The notes below the pieces were generated by a model. It searched no databases and had not been told where the DNA came from. It saw only the letters and a program-made list of their open reading frames with translations. 64,000 bases of DNA, from NCBI GenBank assembly GCA_951406725.2, contig OX597815.1:130696001-130760000 (forward strand), given 5' to 3'. Made by a program: the position numbers and the translations under genes. Each line of letters opens with the position of its first letter. Positions within the stretch are counted from its first letter, which is position 1. Source of the DNA: Octopus vulgaris (lineage: Eukaryota). Positions 13,031 through 26,767 of the stretch are shown here, one piece after another.

Positions 13031-15369
13031 TAATCCATCATTTAAATCACAGTAAGCAGGTTATTGCATAACATATTCATGAGCACTGAACCAGAATTGC
13101 ATAAGTAATTCCAAGCAGAGCTGAGCATGGATCATTAAATAATATCAATGATTATATTATACGTTTATGTACACACAAATGTAAAATAGTACATGTGATT
13201 TAGTCTTGGAAAAGAGTGTTAGAGACTTGTGTTAAAAAAATGCAACAATCTCTAAGTGATGTCAGCAGACTGTCTAACACAAGTGTTTTGTATGTAATTT
13301 CCCCTCTTCAGTGACAGATAATATCCTGGTCGTATGGAGCTAGCTAAGAAATCATACTGAAACATTGGTGTCTGCAGATGATATTTGAATCATGTGTTTT
13401 TAGCACAGTATATTTAAGGAGAAATTCTCCAAGACAAAATCCCACAATGAATGCTACTCCATGTTTGTGAGTACAAAATACATTAGAAATGTACAATTGC
13501 TATTTTGATCTCTACTGTTTCAAGTACATATACTATATATATTGAATTACAGATAGTACTAAAGTTAATGCATTTAAATGATCTGTATATGATTGCATGA
13601 TATTAATCAAATCAAAATGTCAGAAAACAGGGCATCTTTCTAACCATTATAAAATACCTACAAGATATAGTGAAATATCACTTATTTTGAGAAATCATTC
13701 TATTGTTCTATTTATCTACAAAGAAACTTACTGTTTAAAGCAGTTGAATACTGATTTAAAATGATAAAGTGAAAACTAGTATACTTGGTATGATAAACTA
13801 GTATATTTTAACTAATTAAAATAATACCCTTAAGTTTGAGAACAATGATTTTTAATTGACAATAATAATTGATGAAAAATGTCAGGAGAGACTCCACTAA
13901 AAGTTAATTGAATTTGAAATGTAATGAAGAGTAGTCTGATCTTTAGCAGTGCAGTGACATCTTTAGGCAGGTTTTGGTCTGATTAAGCTTCATCAATCAA
14001 ACAGTTTAACCATGACTGCTGCAGCTTAAAATGTTGAATCCAATGTCATAGGCACCTAGTGGTATGACCGGAGGTAGAGTGCTGAAATAAATGTTCTCAG
14101 AATTTAGTTAAGTCCCTTTCAGATCAAATCTTGCCAAGGGTGACTGTTTCAGTTTTATTAGTGACAATAAAATTATTGTCTTGTATTATCAATATGCCAT
14201 AGTGGCATGAGATATTTTTGGATCAGTTACCTTTAGTTTATAAAGGTGATCAGTGTCATAAAGATCAATAAATTAATGCTGCTATACAAGAATAATCAAC
14301 ACTAGCAGTACTAGTGGAAATTCCACAGTTATTTTGTTGGAAGTTCAAAGAAAACCACGAAACAAATTCTTTAAAAAAAAAATTTTCTTCTTTGCAGCTT
14401 TTGATTTCTAAAATGGGGTAAAGTCCACATAGGTAGCACTGAAGGTGCAGTCTTAGAGATGACATCTTTAAAATTTATATTTTTTTTTGTCGTACACTTG
14501 TTAATCCTATCTTGAGAGTTATTATTTATTATTATTAATTGTTATGTCAAGAAATAAACAATATTACTTATGGAAAGAAACTGAAGACATTCTCATCATT
14601 TTTATCATCATTTTACATTGGCTTTCCATGCAGGTGTTTGTTGGACAGATTGTCATAGTTGAAGTCAATTCTTTTGAAGTTACTGCCATTATACATAACA
14701 TGGAAGACTGTGTCCTGCTCATACACTCTGCTTTTACTATGGTTTCTACAGCTGGATGTTGTTTGTGACACAGAGTGTATTAGATGCATTTTATCATCTC
14801 CTGAGTATTACAGAAGTTGTCATGTCTTTGGGTAAAGTAAAGGATCCTCTCAGCCCTATGTTGCTGTTGCTAATTTGAAATCAGTTTCCAGAGTGTACTT
14901 GGTGCCTTTTATGGCAGCACCAGTTCTACTGAGGTGACTTTGTATCCCACAGAAGATAGAGTCTTCATTACTCCATGTTGTCTCTACTCATTCAAAACAA
15001 TGTAGTCAACAGAGTGAAGACAGAGTTGGACTAGAATGAGAATGTGAGAGAAGTAATGAAGTATGATGAACAAACTGAGCAATCAGGATAGAAAAATGAT
15101 GGAGGAGAGAGAAAAAGAAAACAGTACAAGAAGTAATGGAAGAAAGGCAGTGATGGCAGCTTCAAATTTACTGGCGGATGTAAGTGTGTGAGAGAGAGAG
15201 AGAGACGAGCAGGTGATGGATAGTCTCAGAGATGGATGTAGTAAGACCATTGGATGTCAATAAGTGATTTGAGGAATGAAGGGTGATAAATAGCAGCAGA
15301 AAAAGGTGATGATAGAATGTATCAGTTACAACACACAGCTGATGCAATTATCACACAAGAATCATGTGA

Positions 15370-15400
<31 letters not shown>

Positions 15401-15985
15401 GGGAGAGAGAGAGAGAAAAAGAAAGAGAGAGGAGTGATGGCAAGATCCATTTTCCATGCTGACATGGGTTGGTTGGTTTGACAGGAGCTGGCAAGGCCAG
15501 GGACCTCACCAGGTTCTTCACCCGGTTCCCTTGTCTGCTTTGGCATGGTTTCTACAGCTGAATGCTCTTCCTAATGCCAACCACTTTACAGGGTGTACTG
15601 GGTGCTTTTTACATGGCTCAAACACCAGTGCTTTTTTTTTTGTCATACCAGCATGGGTGCTTATTCTGTGGCACCTGCACCAGTCCTTTTTTTGAGTGGT
15701 ACCAGCAACAGATTCTATTTTCAAGTAAATTTTAATAAGAATGCTTTGTCAAAATATTAAGTATATCTGTTAAGAACATTTTAGATTTTAAAATATCTTA
15801 TTTAAAAATAAACAAAACAAAAGAAATTAGATGCTACAAATTCTATTTAAATTTTCATATTTCTGTTAATGTAGAAGTTGTCATGTATAAGGCATTATAT
15901 ACTTAATATGTAAGATTTATTTCCAGATATCCTTTTACACAAACAAATATGGATTTTCAAAATAAATGTTGTTTACAGTCTGGCA

Positions 15986-16021
<36 letters not shown>

Positions 16022-19000
16022 TGGAATGTATTAGTTTATATTTATCATTATAGTGCAACACTTGAAGTAAATAATGATGAAAATAGCAACTGCAATATAC
16101 AAGCATACATATAGAAATTTCAAAATGTACATAATTTTCTGTTATCCAGACAAATATTTATATAAAGAAAGGTCAAAAAAGTAAATTGACTCAATTTATA
16201 TTCAAAGTTAACATTAAAAAAAAAAAATATGCAGTTTTCTTCTCTTTGAACCATTGTTTCAGGTCCAATGTAATCTTACAATAGAATTAGTTGATTGTTT
16301 AAGTGCTGGAAAAGTTGTCAGAGACTGAAAATAAAGCATGGATAATATTTGTGCAGTCCAATATAAATGTGAAAGCAAGTTTTGTTCAGTAAGAAACACA
16401 CATTAATTGTGGATGCTGAAAGTGTTTACTAAGCTATTTGATGTCACTAAACATTCAGCTACAAGGTGGTGATTTAATGGAGAGTAAACTAGTTCTACAA
16501 GGGAATATCAAACATTATTAATCATATCATGCACATGCAAGTTTATATGTCACAAAACATTGTTTTGTGGAAGGGAAAAAACAACCCAAAACATGTTCAG
16601 GTTATGGTTACTGCATTGAAATGAAAGAACAATGTACATGAAAGAAAAATGTTGTGCAATGAAAAACAATTCACATTGTTTATTAAAGAAAATGTCTAAG
16701 TATGTCAATAATGAAAATTTGTTATAGTTCATGAAACAAAGTGATACACTTAATTTTCTGTTTTGAATTATTGTCAACTATTCATAAATTTTATAAGAAA
16801 AGGTAAAACCAGGAATAAATATTTATTAGATTAGATGAATTTAAATGAAAAACAAGTTTAAAAACATGATTTTCACTAGCAATAAATAACAAGTATAATT
16901 TACTTTAAATAGGTTCAATCTCTTGGAGTAGCAGAGATTATATATATGAAATTTCAAACTTAATAATTTTCAGCCTTAGTATGATTCAAACTACTATCAA
17001 TATGGTGCTTTCAGATCAGGTTTGGTATATCATGAACCTAAGTTGTTCTAGGTTAGAAGAGTAAGGGACTGGCTAGAAACATTTGCTCATTTTAACTGCT
17101 TCAGAAAAAATCTGCTAGTAAACCAAATGCCAATCATGAATATTTGATGAGGCCGCTATTGTTGGCTAGTGTTGCAAAGGCTTTCAAACATGAAGGAATT
17201 GTCTTGTAACCTGTGAGCTTGAAAAAGAATATTATTACAGTCAGATAAGGAACACAACATTGATCTCTTTGATGGGTTAGAGAACAAGGAACAGAATTTA
17301 AAGCAAAAAAACAAAACAAGATATCAATTTAGTTATTGTTGGCAGCAAGGTTCAGGGCCAAGCTCTTCATGACATGTTCACAACACAATCAGATGCCACA
17401 GAGTTTATGGAAGCTGGAGATATCTATACAGGCTAAAAATTAAAGCTGTGAAAGGTACAGGCAGTGTCTAGAGGGGTGATTATATAGATATGATGAATTT
17501 AGGACAATTTGCAAATTCACCTTTAAGAAACAATACCATATATACTCATAGATAAGTTGCAGTTATTTACCCAACAAGCGAATATATAAAACTATGTACT
17601 GGGCTTGAACTTCCCAGCATGCACTAAGATATATATATATATATACACACACACACCCAGGAATTGATTGCATATATAAAGCAGGTTGATCATGTCATTA
17701 CTCAGCCTATATGAATATCAGTGCAGTAAACAAACATATGTAAAAGATATCTTGTATGAAAGATATGCACAGCTTTCTATTGGCTGATTGTAATAAGGCA
17801 ATGCTCAAAAAATGCTGCATATATTGCCAGTCAATAAGTAAGGGTAATTTAAAAGCATGAATTAATCTGACAATTCTAGGCATGTACCAAAGAAACACAT
17901 TGTCACAGTGTCTATAGTTGCAGAACTTTGCTAGACTGTATTGGCAATGATTGGGATTATTTCAGCTAATTGTCTATCTTTTCTTTTTTGTTCTTATTTA
18001 AATGCAACAAGCAAAGTTGTAAAAAGCACCATGTTACTTATATATGGGTTAAAAGCTGAAGCTGAAATACTATAAACACAAAGATTTATGTACCTCTGCA
18101 ACTTATATATCAGTATATATTATATATTTTGCTGAAGACTGATCTAACAAGTTAAGATATAAAATGTTTACATAAGGTTAAATGCAAATTATGAATGGTA
18201 AGCAATGTAAGATAACCAGTATATATAAAATGGTATGAAAACAGATCTTGCTGTATACAATATTGGATCTTGTTTAATGGGTTCTTAATGACATAAAATG
18301 TAATTAGGGGTGTGATAATTTATTCACTCTATATTAATATAATAGGAACAAATACAAAATTAAGCGTGACACATTTGGCCTTGATTTGAATGTAGATAAA
18401 TAAAAAGGTAAATTTTGATTATCCAAATGTTAATAAGTTGATGGTACACCTTATACTTTTGGTTAAAGTTACTGATAAGTATTTCGTTTTTGGATATAAA
18501 ATTTATAATAGAACTTTCTTTAGATGATTGATCGATAATTTAATAAAACAATAAAGGGAAACATGAAAACAATAGAAAAGAAAATATTTTAAGTATTAAT
18601 TTAGCTCAATGTCTTTCAAAAGGGGTTACTAAAATTTATAAAAAAAAAATCAAGATTCATAATTCAAAAAATTTCTGCTAAATGTCACCAACAGTTTCTT
18701 CTTCCTAAAATACTAAAAAAAAAAAAAAAGGAAATGAGGCTCATTATTAAGATGGCTTTTAAATGTAACCAAAATTTAAAGGCTGGAAACTGGTATAAAG
18801 TGAATAAAAGCAACCTTAAGTTGTGGATTTGTCTTCCAATTGGCCTATTTTGAACTTAAAAGGTAAAAGAAAACTGCTTAAAACAAAAGAAAATTTTTGC
18901 TGCCATTGATTAAATATCTTGGGCTTAACATCCATTCTCTCGTAGATTCTGGCTTTCATATTAGAGAAATAATCAAGAAAGGTAAATGGATTTACTTAAC

Positions 19001-21232
19001 AAAACAACCTTCTGTTAACTGTGCTTCAATTAAAAATTATCATCATATTCATTGTTCTAATATCCATTTTTCCATGCTTGCGTAGTTCAGATAGAGTTTA
19101 CTGAGGCAGATTTTCTATGGCCAGATATCCTTACATGTTTCTAAGCAAAGTAACATTTTCTCATGACCAGACATATTTTCACAGAATATCAGAAATGAAG
19201 GACATTCATTTACAACAATCCAACAATGTCAAGACAAACAGACACACATTCATGCATACATATATACAACAAGCTTCTTTTGGTTTCTGCCAACCAAATC
19301 CACCCACAAGGCTTTGGTCAGCCAGGAGCTGTAGCAGAAGACACTTGCACAAGGTACCATTCAGTGGGAGTGAATGTAAAACCAACTGGTTGGGAAGCAA
19401 CCTTCTTGACTACACAACCAGGCTACAGCTATCTCTAGGCACAGTTTAAGAATTGTAGGATCAAATTAAGCACAAGGTCAATTAGTCTCAAAGACAGGAT
19501 ATTAATCTGCATGTTTCAGAGTATGTTATTTGATAAAAACCAAAAAATATGTGACCTTTTAGTCTACAGTTACTTCACCTCCTGTCATACCGAGCCTGGA
19601 TCTTTTATCTCTTGCTACTTCAAACACCTGTCCCTTCACCTAGAACACCATCAGCTGACATAAACCCAGGTCATCTTTCCATGTTACAGACTACTTTCAC
19701 CTCCAAAATTTCCATCTCCATTAAATGTCAGCAGTTGTTTACTGTCATCAAAACCAGCATTTAAGTCTGTTCTCTATGCTTGCATGACTTCGCAGGATCT
19801 GCCAAGGCCAAGGGGCCAATCCAGGTTCCATAATCTATTTTGGCTTGGTTTCTACAGCTGGATGGACTTCTTAATGCCAACCACTTTATAGAGTGTACAG
19901 TGTACTTTTTACATGACACCAGCACCAGTGCTTTTTGGGTGTTAAGGGATGAAATGTTTATGAGCAAATAAAGTTGGTGGGAGGTTGGCTGGTCATTGTT
20001 GGACAACCAATGCAACAATACTGGATCCTTTATACCGAGGCTTGCTATTTTAATTCTCCAGCTCATTCCCACTGTTCACTGTAAACGGAATTTATATAAC
20101 ACCATGGTACTTCCATTTCTTGGTTTACTTGTGAGTAACAGTTAATCTTTCACATAACCACAGCTGTTCCTACTAGTAAAAATATTCAACATACTTTCTC
20201 CAAAATACACTCACACACACCAATAAATACATACACATGCATTTCACTTTCTCTATTCTCGCACATTTCACCACCCACTCATTAACCATGACATATTGCT
20301 CATACCATCTACATAATATCAAACTTTACTATTACTACCTCGTATCTATTACCTACAACTGCATGCAATTATCAATCACAACTTCCTCTTATTTTATATT
20401 GACTTTATTATAATATCTTCCTCAGTAATAATATAGATCCTTATGATAAGCCTCAACTACGTGTCTCTCCCTGATTTAAAAATGTTATTTCAAAAGAACT
20501 AGAAATAAATAAGAGTAATATTTGAAAAGGAGTTCTGAATATAACCAATAAAAGAAGGAAAAGTTGTGAAGACAAACAGTAAGATGAAAAATTGAAGGTA
20601 ATGATAAAACATTATTCCTTTAAGGAAGTTAACATAAAGGTCTTTGCTTAGAAAATGTGTTTTCTGGCATGAAACAGTTTCTGGTCTAATTTCAATGTTT
20701 CTTTTGTAAGTATGAAACATCAGAAAATGCAATTTCACATTATATTGCATGCATATTCTCAGAGACAGACAGACACACACACATATATATAAATCAAATG
20801 TGTTTAGCATGGTCATTTTCTATGAAGGTGATATCATGAGAAAAATATGAGACATTTCAACATGACAAAACCAATATGTTTGAAGTAGCAATGTTTAAAT
20901 TCTGTAACATATTAAAACATTTGGTGGGGAGTATGACAGAAAAAGCCCCAAAAAACTTGTCATGTAATTTAAGGGAAATTTACCCAAGTAGAATCAATCC
21001 CATTCCATGCTACATCCACGCAGAGACATGAAGTCAGTGAGCCAAAGGAAAGAAATGAAGGGTTATGACATTCATGTGCATCTGAAGATGATTATTATGT
21101 GAATGAAGTTAAATATATTCAAATGAAACAGAAAACTGGGTCACGATTTCAGATGCTGCCACTATCTGCAAGAAGTATAAAGGATTATACTGTATAAGAT
21201 TTTATAGTTTGCTTGAAGCATTGTATATGGAA

Positions 21233-21604
21233 TATAACATTGAAAGATTTAAAAGGCCGAACAATGCAAATAGATTTTAAGATGAGGTAACGTAAACTAA
21301 AAGTTACCTGGTAATTTTTGGTTGTTTATATATCCAATATTTCGGGACATACAAGTCCCTTCTTAAGGGTTAAAAAGGAACTGTTCTTGGAAAGATGTTT
21401 TTTGTCAGAGATAAAATAATTATCTCAGACAAAAAATATCTTTCCAATGAGAGTTCCTTTTTAACCCTGAAGAAGGGACTTGTATGTCCCGAAATATTGG
21501 ATATATAAACAACCAAAAATTACCAGGTAACTTACTTTTAGTTTGCGTTACCTCTTCTTAAAATCTGTTTGCATTGCTTGGCTTTTAAATCTTTCAATGA
21601 TATA
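21233..21604. mobile_element. About 370-bp imperfect palindrome; Penelope-like inverted-repeat relic with hammerhead-like core
   Basis: Arms are mutually reverse-complementary around ~21418. Right arm reads CTGAAGA-A-GGGAC-ttgtat-GTCCC-GAAA-TATT at 21467-21498. Confidence 0.7.
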
Positions 21605-21706
21605 CTGCATAATTTAAATTAATAATACTCCTAAAAACAAAGCTTTTGCAATGGCAAGTAGTACAATATAATGCTGCATAAGTAGTTTCCAACAATAGGA
21701 TACATC

Positions 21707-21920
21707 ATAATCATCATTGTTTAAAGTCTGTTTTCCATGCTGGTATGGGTTGGAGACTGGCAAGCCAGGAGGCCACACCAGGCTCCAATCTGATCTGGGA
21801 ATGTTTCTAATGCCAGCCACTCTGAGAGTGCAGTGGGTGCTTTTTATGTGCCACTGGCAAAGGAGCCAGTCAAGCAGCACTGGCATCGACCACATTTGGA
21901 TGGTGCTTTTTACAATTCCA
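21707..21920 (-). mobile_element. RTE 3'-end derived repeat
   Basis: Same family as 42601-43010. Confidence 0.75.
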
Positions 21921-22140
21921 TAAAACCTATTTCATGATAATGATAATTAAAAAGAATATGTAAAAAAAAACAAAAGCGAACGATACTTACAATGAGTATA
22001 ATGAACATAACTAGCATTAAGCAAAATACTTATTTTTTAAAACTGCATTATTCACCAGAAATAATTAAACTTAGATACAAAATCACTGGCAATTACATGT
22101 TTGGTCTCCACAAAGCTAAGAAATCAGAGGCTACCACTAA

Positions 22141-22174
<34 letters not shown>

Positions 22175-22812
22175 TTAATTTGAAACTTTGAGATATGAGG
22201 GCATAGAGTGGAAATCAGAGCTTTTATTTTTCCCAATTCAACTATACAAAGTTAAGCATCAGCTTCAACAACAGATGGCAGTTTCTTTTAAATAATAATT
22301 CTATATGACCTGATAAATATTCATAAAAGTCAGGCAAGATACACCAAGTGAGGAATACTTAAAGTGTTCTGCTCATAACCATAACTATATACCCACAGTA
22401 GATTTGAACTCAAAACTAGGGGCTGGTAGTTCAATATCACTTGAAGTCAATCATTTCACTATTTCATTGACTCATGAAATTGAATGAGTCAATTTTCCAG
22501 TAGAAGTTTATCACATAGGTATGAAATTTTAGGGATAAAGATATGGTAAACCGAGACATCCTTGCTTTCCTAAGTGACATAGATAATCTAAATAAAGTAT
22601 GCTTGGTTTCCCAAGAACTTTCTTGAATTGTGGAGTCCTCCCCTTCATTTTCTAATATATCAAAAACCTTTATCATTTAAAATCTTAGAACAGTGACAGA
22701 TTTTTGGTGAACCAAGTCAGACAGGGAAGTTTAACCCAGTTTTCTTTACTATGTTTCAATTGGAATAAACCCACTGTATTTCAATTAATATTAAAAAATA
22801 ATGAAGCATAGG

Positions 22813-23372
22813 GACAGGCGTGACTGTGTGGTAAAAAACTTGCTTCCCAGTCTCATGGTTCTAGATTCAGTCCCACTGCATGACACCTTGGGCAAGTGTC
22901 TTCTACTATATCCTTGGGCTAACCAAAGCCTTGCATGTGGATTTGGCGGATAGAAACTGAAAGAGGCCCATCATATATATATATATGTGTGCGTGTGTGT
23001 TTGTCTCCTATCATCACTTGATAACCAGTGTTTGTGTGCTTATGTCCCTGTAACTTAGTCTAGTTCTTATACCTTACACATCAAGTGAGCGAGAATACTG
23101 CAGCAATTCTTGATTCTTTAGGCGGTTATAAATTAGAGTGTAGAGGGGAAAGAGAAGTAAGAGGTCGTGGATTAATGACAACGTACTGGCTGTGGGGTAA
23201 GGACACATTTATGAAAGAATTACCTGATATATCCCTGGGAGTTCCTACAAAATAAATATTAGGCTTTAAAAAAAAATAAGTCCTGGGGTTGATTTGTTTG
23301 ACTAAAACCCTTCAAGGTAGTGCTCCAACATGGATGCAGTCAAAATGACAAAAACAAGTAAAAGAATAAAAG
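22813..23372 (+). mobile_element. SINE family A interrupted by a foreign ~190-bp insert (23059-23250)
   Basis: Follows the family sequence to taacttag (23058) and resumes at aataaatattaggct (~23251). Confidence 0.85.
23059..23255 (+). pseudogene. Fragment of guanylyl cyclase catalytic-domain C-terminus
   Basis: SSSYTLHI/(frameshift)QVSENTAAILDSLGGYKLECRGEREVRGRGLMTTYWLWGKDTFMKELPD resembles the class III cyclase motif (MES...IHVS...RG...KGKG.M.TYWL). Confidence 0.8.
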
Positions 23373-23764
23373 AATAATTAAGCTGATTTTCGGGACATAA
23401 ATTAATGTGACATTGAAATTTAAATGAGGGAAGTTGATGTATTATTGTAAAATATCGATTGTTGGGGATAGGCTCTGCTAAGTGAACTGTTCTTGAGGCA
23501 CAACATGAAAAAAAGATTTTGATGATAGTCAACTCCATTTCATCTCCAAATTATTTTTAACGAGAGAGTAGTATCAGCAAAATCTTCAAAAATAGGAATA
23601 AGACGTTTTTATTTTGCAAAATTTGTAACCAGTTCATTAATACATACATATATATAACATAATATATTATATAATATATATACAATATCATAATATATAT
23701 AATATATACATTATAATATATAATATTATATAACATTATATAATACCTAATATAATATATATAA

Positions 23765-23980
23765 TCTTTTCTACTCTAGGCACAAGGCCTGAAATTTATG
23801 AGGATGGGGCCAGTTGATTAGATCAACCTCAGTATGCAACTGGTACTTAATTTATCGACTCCCAAAAGGATGAAAGGCAAAGTTGACCTTGGTGGAGTTT
23901 GAACTTAGAATGTAAAGACAGACGAAATACCACTAAGCATTTTGCCTGGCGTGCTAACGTTTTTGCCAGCTCGCCGCCTT
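23765..23980 (-). mobile_element. SINE family B (other copies at ~11450-11610 -, ~38715-38885 -, ~62772-62972 +)
   Basis: Shared ggatgaaaggcaaagttgacc/ctggtactt body; head ggcggcgagctggcaaaaacgttagc on the minus strand. Confidence 0.75.
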
Positions 23981-24820
23981 ATAATATATTATAATAAGAG
24001 ATATATTATATTATATGATACATATATATGCATATATTTTTCCATTACTGGTTGGATTAAATTTAATGAGTGCGGTTGATTAAAATATAGTGATACTCAA
24101 GTATGTGAAACTGTAAACTGATGGCAACAAATCTTGTGTAATTAGTTTGATAAATAAATTTCAGACTGGTTATTTACAGAAAAAAAAAAAGAAAAAACTA
24201 AAAAAAAAACGGAAAGGAAAATATTGATGGTGACAAAATGTGTTACAATACTCTCTACAAACTGTAATACTATAATTTAACATAAAAGAAATGTTAAAAG
24301 GAAAATATATAAACGATGATTATCTAATAAATACTAGTTCTGTAAGTGTGTGTACATAAATTGTATGATCAGTCACCAGCTGACAGAGAGCAACACCTCA
24401 GTTCTTGATTGAACATTTTGCTGTTATTGTTGTTGATTTCTGTCAAAAAAACTAACCAAGATCATTGGCTGTCCATGCAAGCTAGCATCTCTTTCATGTA
24501 AGTTTTATATATAAGCAAGTACAGAAAAAAAAAAACAAAAAGAAAATTGGACAAGACAGTTTTGAGAGATCAACAACAGTGATAGCTACCTCCACCAAAA
24601 CAGGGTTCATGTAAGGGTCAGGCTTTGGGAAAATAGAAAGGATATCAGTAAGAAAAAGATTTTGACATAAAAAAAGACAAAATAAAGAAGAATTATCATT
24701 AGGTATTGATTTTATTTTATATTCTAGTTTGATTTCAAAAAGAAATAATTAGCAAATTTAAATTAAAAAATTGCAGAGAATTAAGAAAAAGAAAATGAGC
24801 TTTTGAAGCTGCCATATTTT

Positions 24821-24852
<32 letters not shown>

Positions 24853-25049
24853 GCATGTATATATATATACACACATATATATATATATATATAGATATAT
24901 AGATATGTAGATTATTCAGAAACTTATAACCTAAAAATCATAATTTTATCAATTTTAAAAAGTAAATGCAAACATCATTAGAAAGAGAAAAAGCAAGAAA
25001 AGAAGGAAAAGTAGAGACAAAGACAAAAATAGGAGGATGAGGATGAGAG

Positions 25050-25061
25050 AGATAGATAGAC

Positions 25062-25096
<35 letters not shown>

Positions 25097-25101
25097 CAGA
25101 C

Positions 25102-25197
<96 letters not shown>
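25050..25197. repeat. (GATA)n microsatellite
   Basis: Direct reading. Confidence 0.97.
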
Positions 25198-25198
<1 letters not shown>

Positions 25199-26764
25199 AA
25201 GGAAATTAGATATAAGATGAAATACATAAAATATTGATAAAATTCATTAAAAAAAGAAAATAGAAATAGACAAAATAAAATGTCAACATGAAATGACATT
25301 TTTTAAAATATAAAATATAGAGAAAAAAAACTGCTGAACAGAACAGAAAATGTTTTCATGTGAGCTCTCTTAATCTTATTTTCAAAATTCACTGAACACC
25401 TGAAAGGTTTGCATCAGTATTAAAGGTAAAAATAAAAATAAAAAAATTAAAAAGAAGTACATCATGCATTCTTTTTGACAGTATTGTCATCATTAGTGCA
25501 TCATCACTGTTGTAGTTTTAACTTAAGTAGTTTTTCTACAATAGCAATGCAATATTGCAACATCTGCTCATGTGTAATTCAAATCTGCATCACTACTATT
25601 GCTGCTACTATTACCACGACCACTAATACTACCACTATTACAACTCCTCCTACTACTATTACTACTACCACCACAACTAATAGCACTATACTACATGAAA
25701 GCACATAGCCTGGTACTTTAGGTGTTTGCCTCATAATATTTCATGTTGCTCAGTCCACTCAACTAAAAATGAGCATCAGTGATAGCCAAGGAATAACCTT
25801 TCACTAGGCTAACACACTGTGCAAGGGATAGTCTTATACTCTCAACCATTTAAACACTATTGAAACTATGACAAGCTGCTGCCAAAGTCAGGAGACAGAC
25901 CAATTTCTTTAAACAAGTATTATTACTACAGCAGCTTGTACTTAAAACCACATACACACACAATAAAATTAGCTTGAATTAAACACTTTCCCTACTGCCA
26001 TTAACAGACATAAATTACGATCAAGGTGGATTTGAAAGAAAGAATAAACTATCTTATAAAGCACAAATCTGATAAAAATCATATGGTTTGCCATCTACAC
26101 TGAACAAATACTTCACATTTCAACATCAATCTAATTCAACTTGGTTCCATATCTGAGCTCTCAGGATTGTGCATATGAAGTTTACATTACAGAAAGCAGA
26201 CTGTTGCAACAACAGTGCTTTATAGAATGCATACAAATCATAGCAGCATAAAATAGTGAAATGCCTTCAAAACTGTACATGCCTTCTCTCCTTATTGGAT
26301 ACCAAGTCAATACTAGATAAGCACTTGCTTCATCCATTCATATGACTACAGATCAATTAGTGAGAAGCTGTAGTTAGATGTATCTTGTAAAATGAGATAC
26401 AATTAATCAAGAGCCAAAAGCATAACACACTTCCTTCTTAACCTTCTCTTACTTAAAAATTCAATAAACAATTGATTGGTCCAGTGAAACTTCCTTCCAA
26501 GGTTCAAAACATCTGATGATGCAATAGTTCATAACTATATATTATTTAATTTATCGATTTTCTTATGACACCCTTCAATATGAATATTTTTGTTTCCTGG
26601 CTCTTATCATTTTCATGTGCTAACATTACTTGAAGCAGTATTTTTCTGTGTAGATAACTTATATTGCATGAAATAAAAAGAAAAGAAAAGACAAATTTAT
26701 GTGAGGCAAATAAGTAATATTCCAAAATAATCTCTAAATTCCAAACCATGTCTTCATAACTTAC

Positions 26765-26767
26765 ATC
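26765..26767 (-). CDS. SH3GLB1: Candidate 3-nt microexon (GAT, Asp) of endophilin B
   Basis: gttaacatttattttttagtttttctcttttgtttggtag|GAT|gtaagt. Confidence 0.45.

Noticed and set aside
13732-13750. ag/gtaagt-bounded 19-nt segment on the minus strand
   Set aside because: Not frame-preserving; no supporting regulatory signature.
21991-22010. ag/gtaagt-bounded 20-nt segment on the minus strand
   Set aside because: Frameshifting, weak pyrimidine tract; joining it to the 19-nt segment gives a stop.
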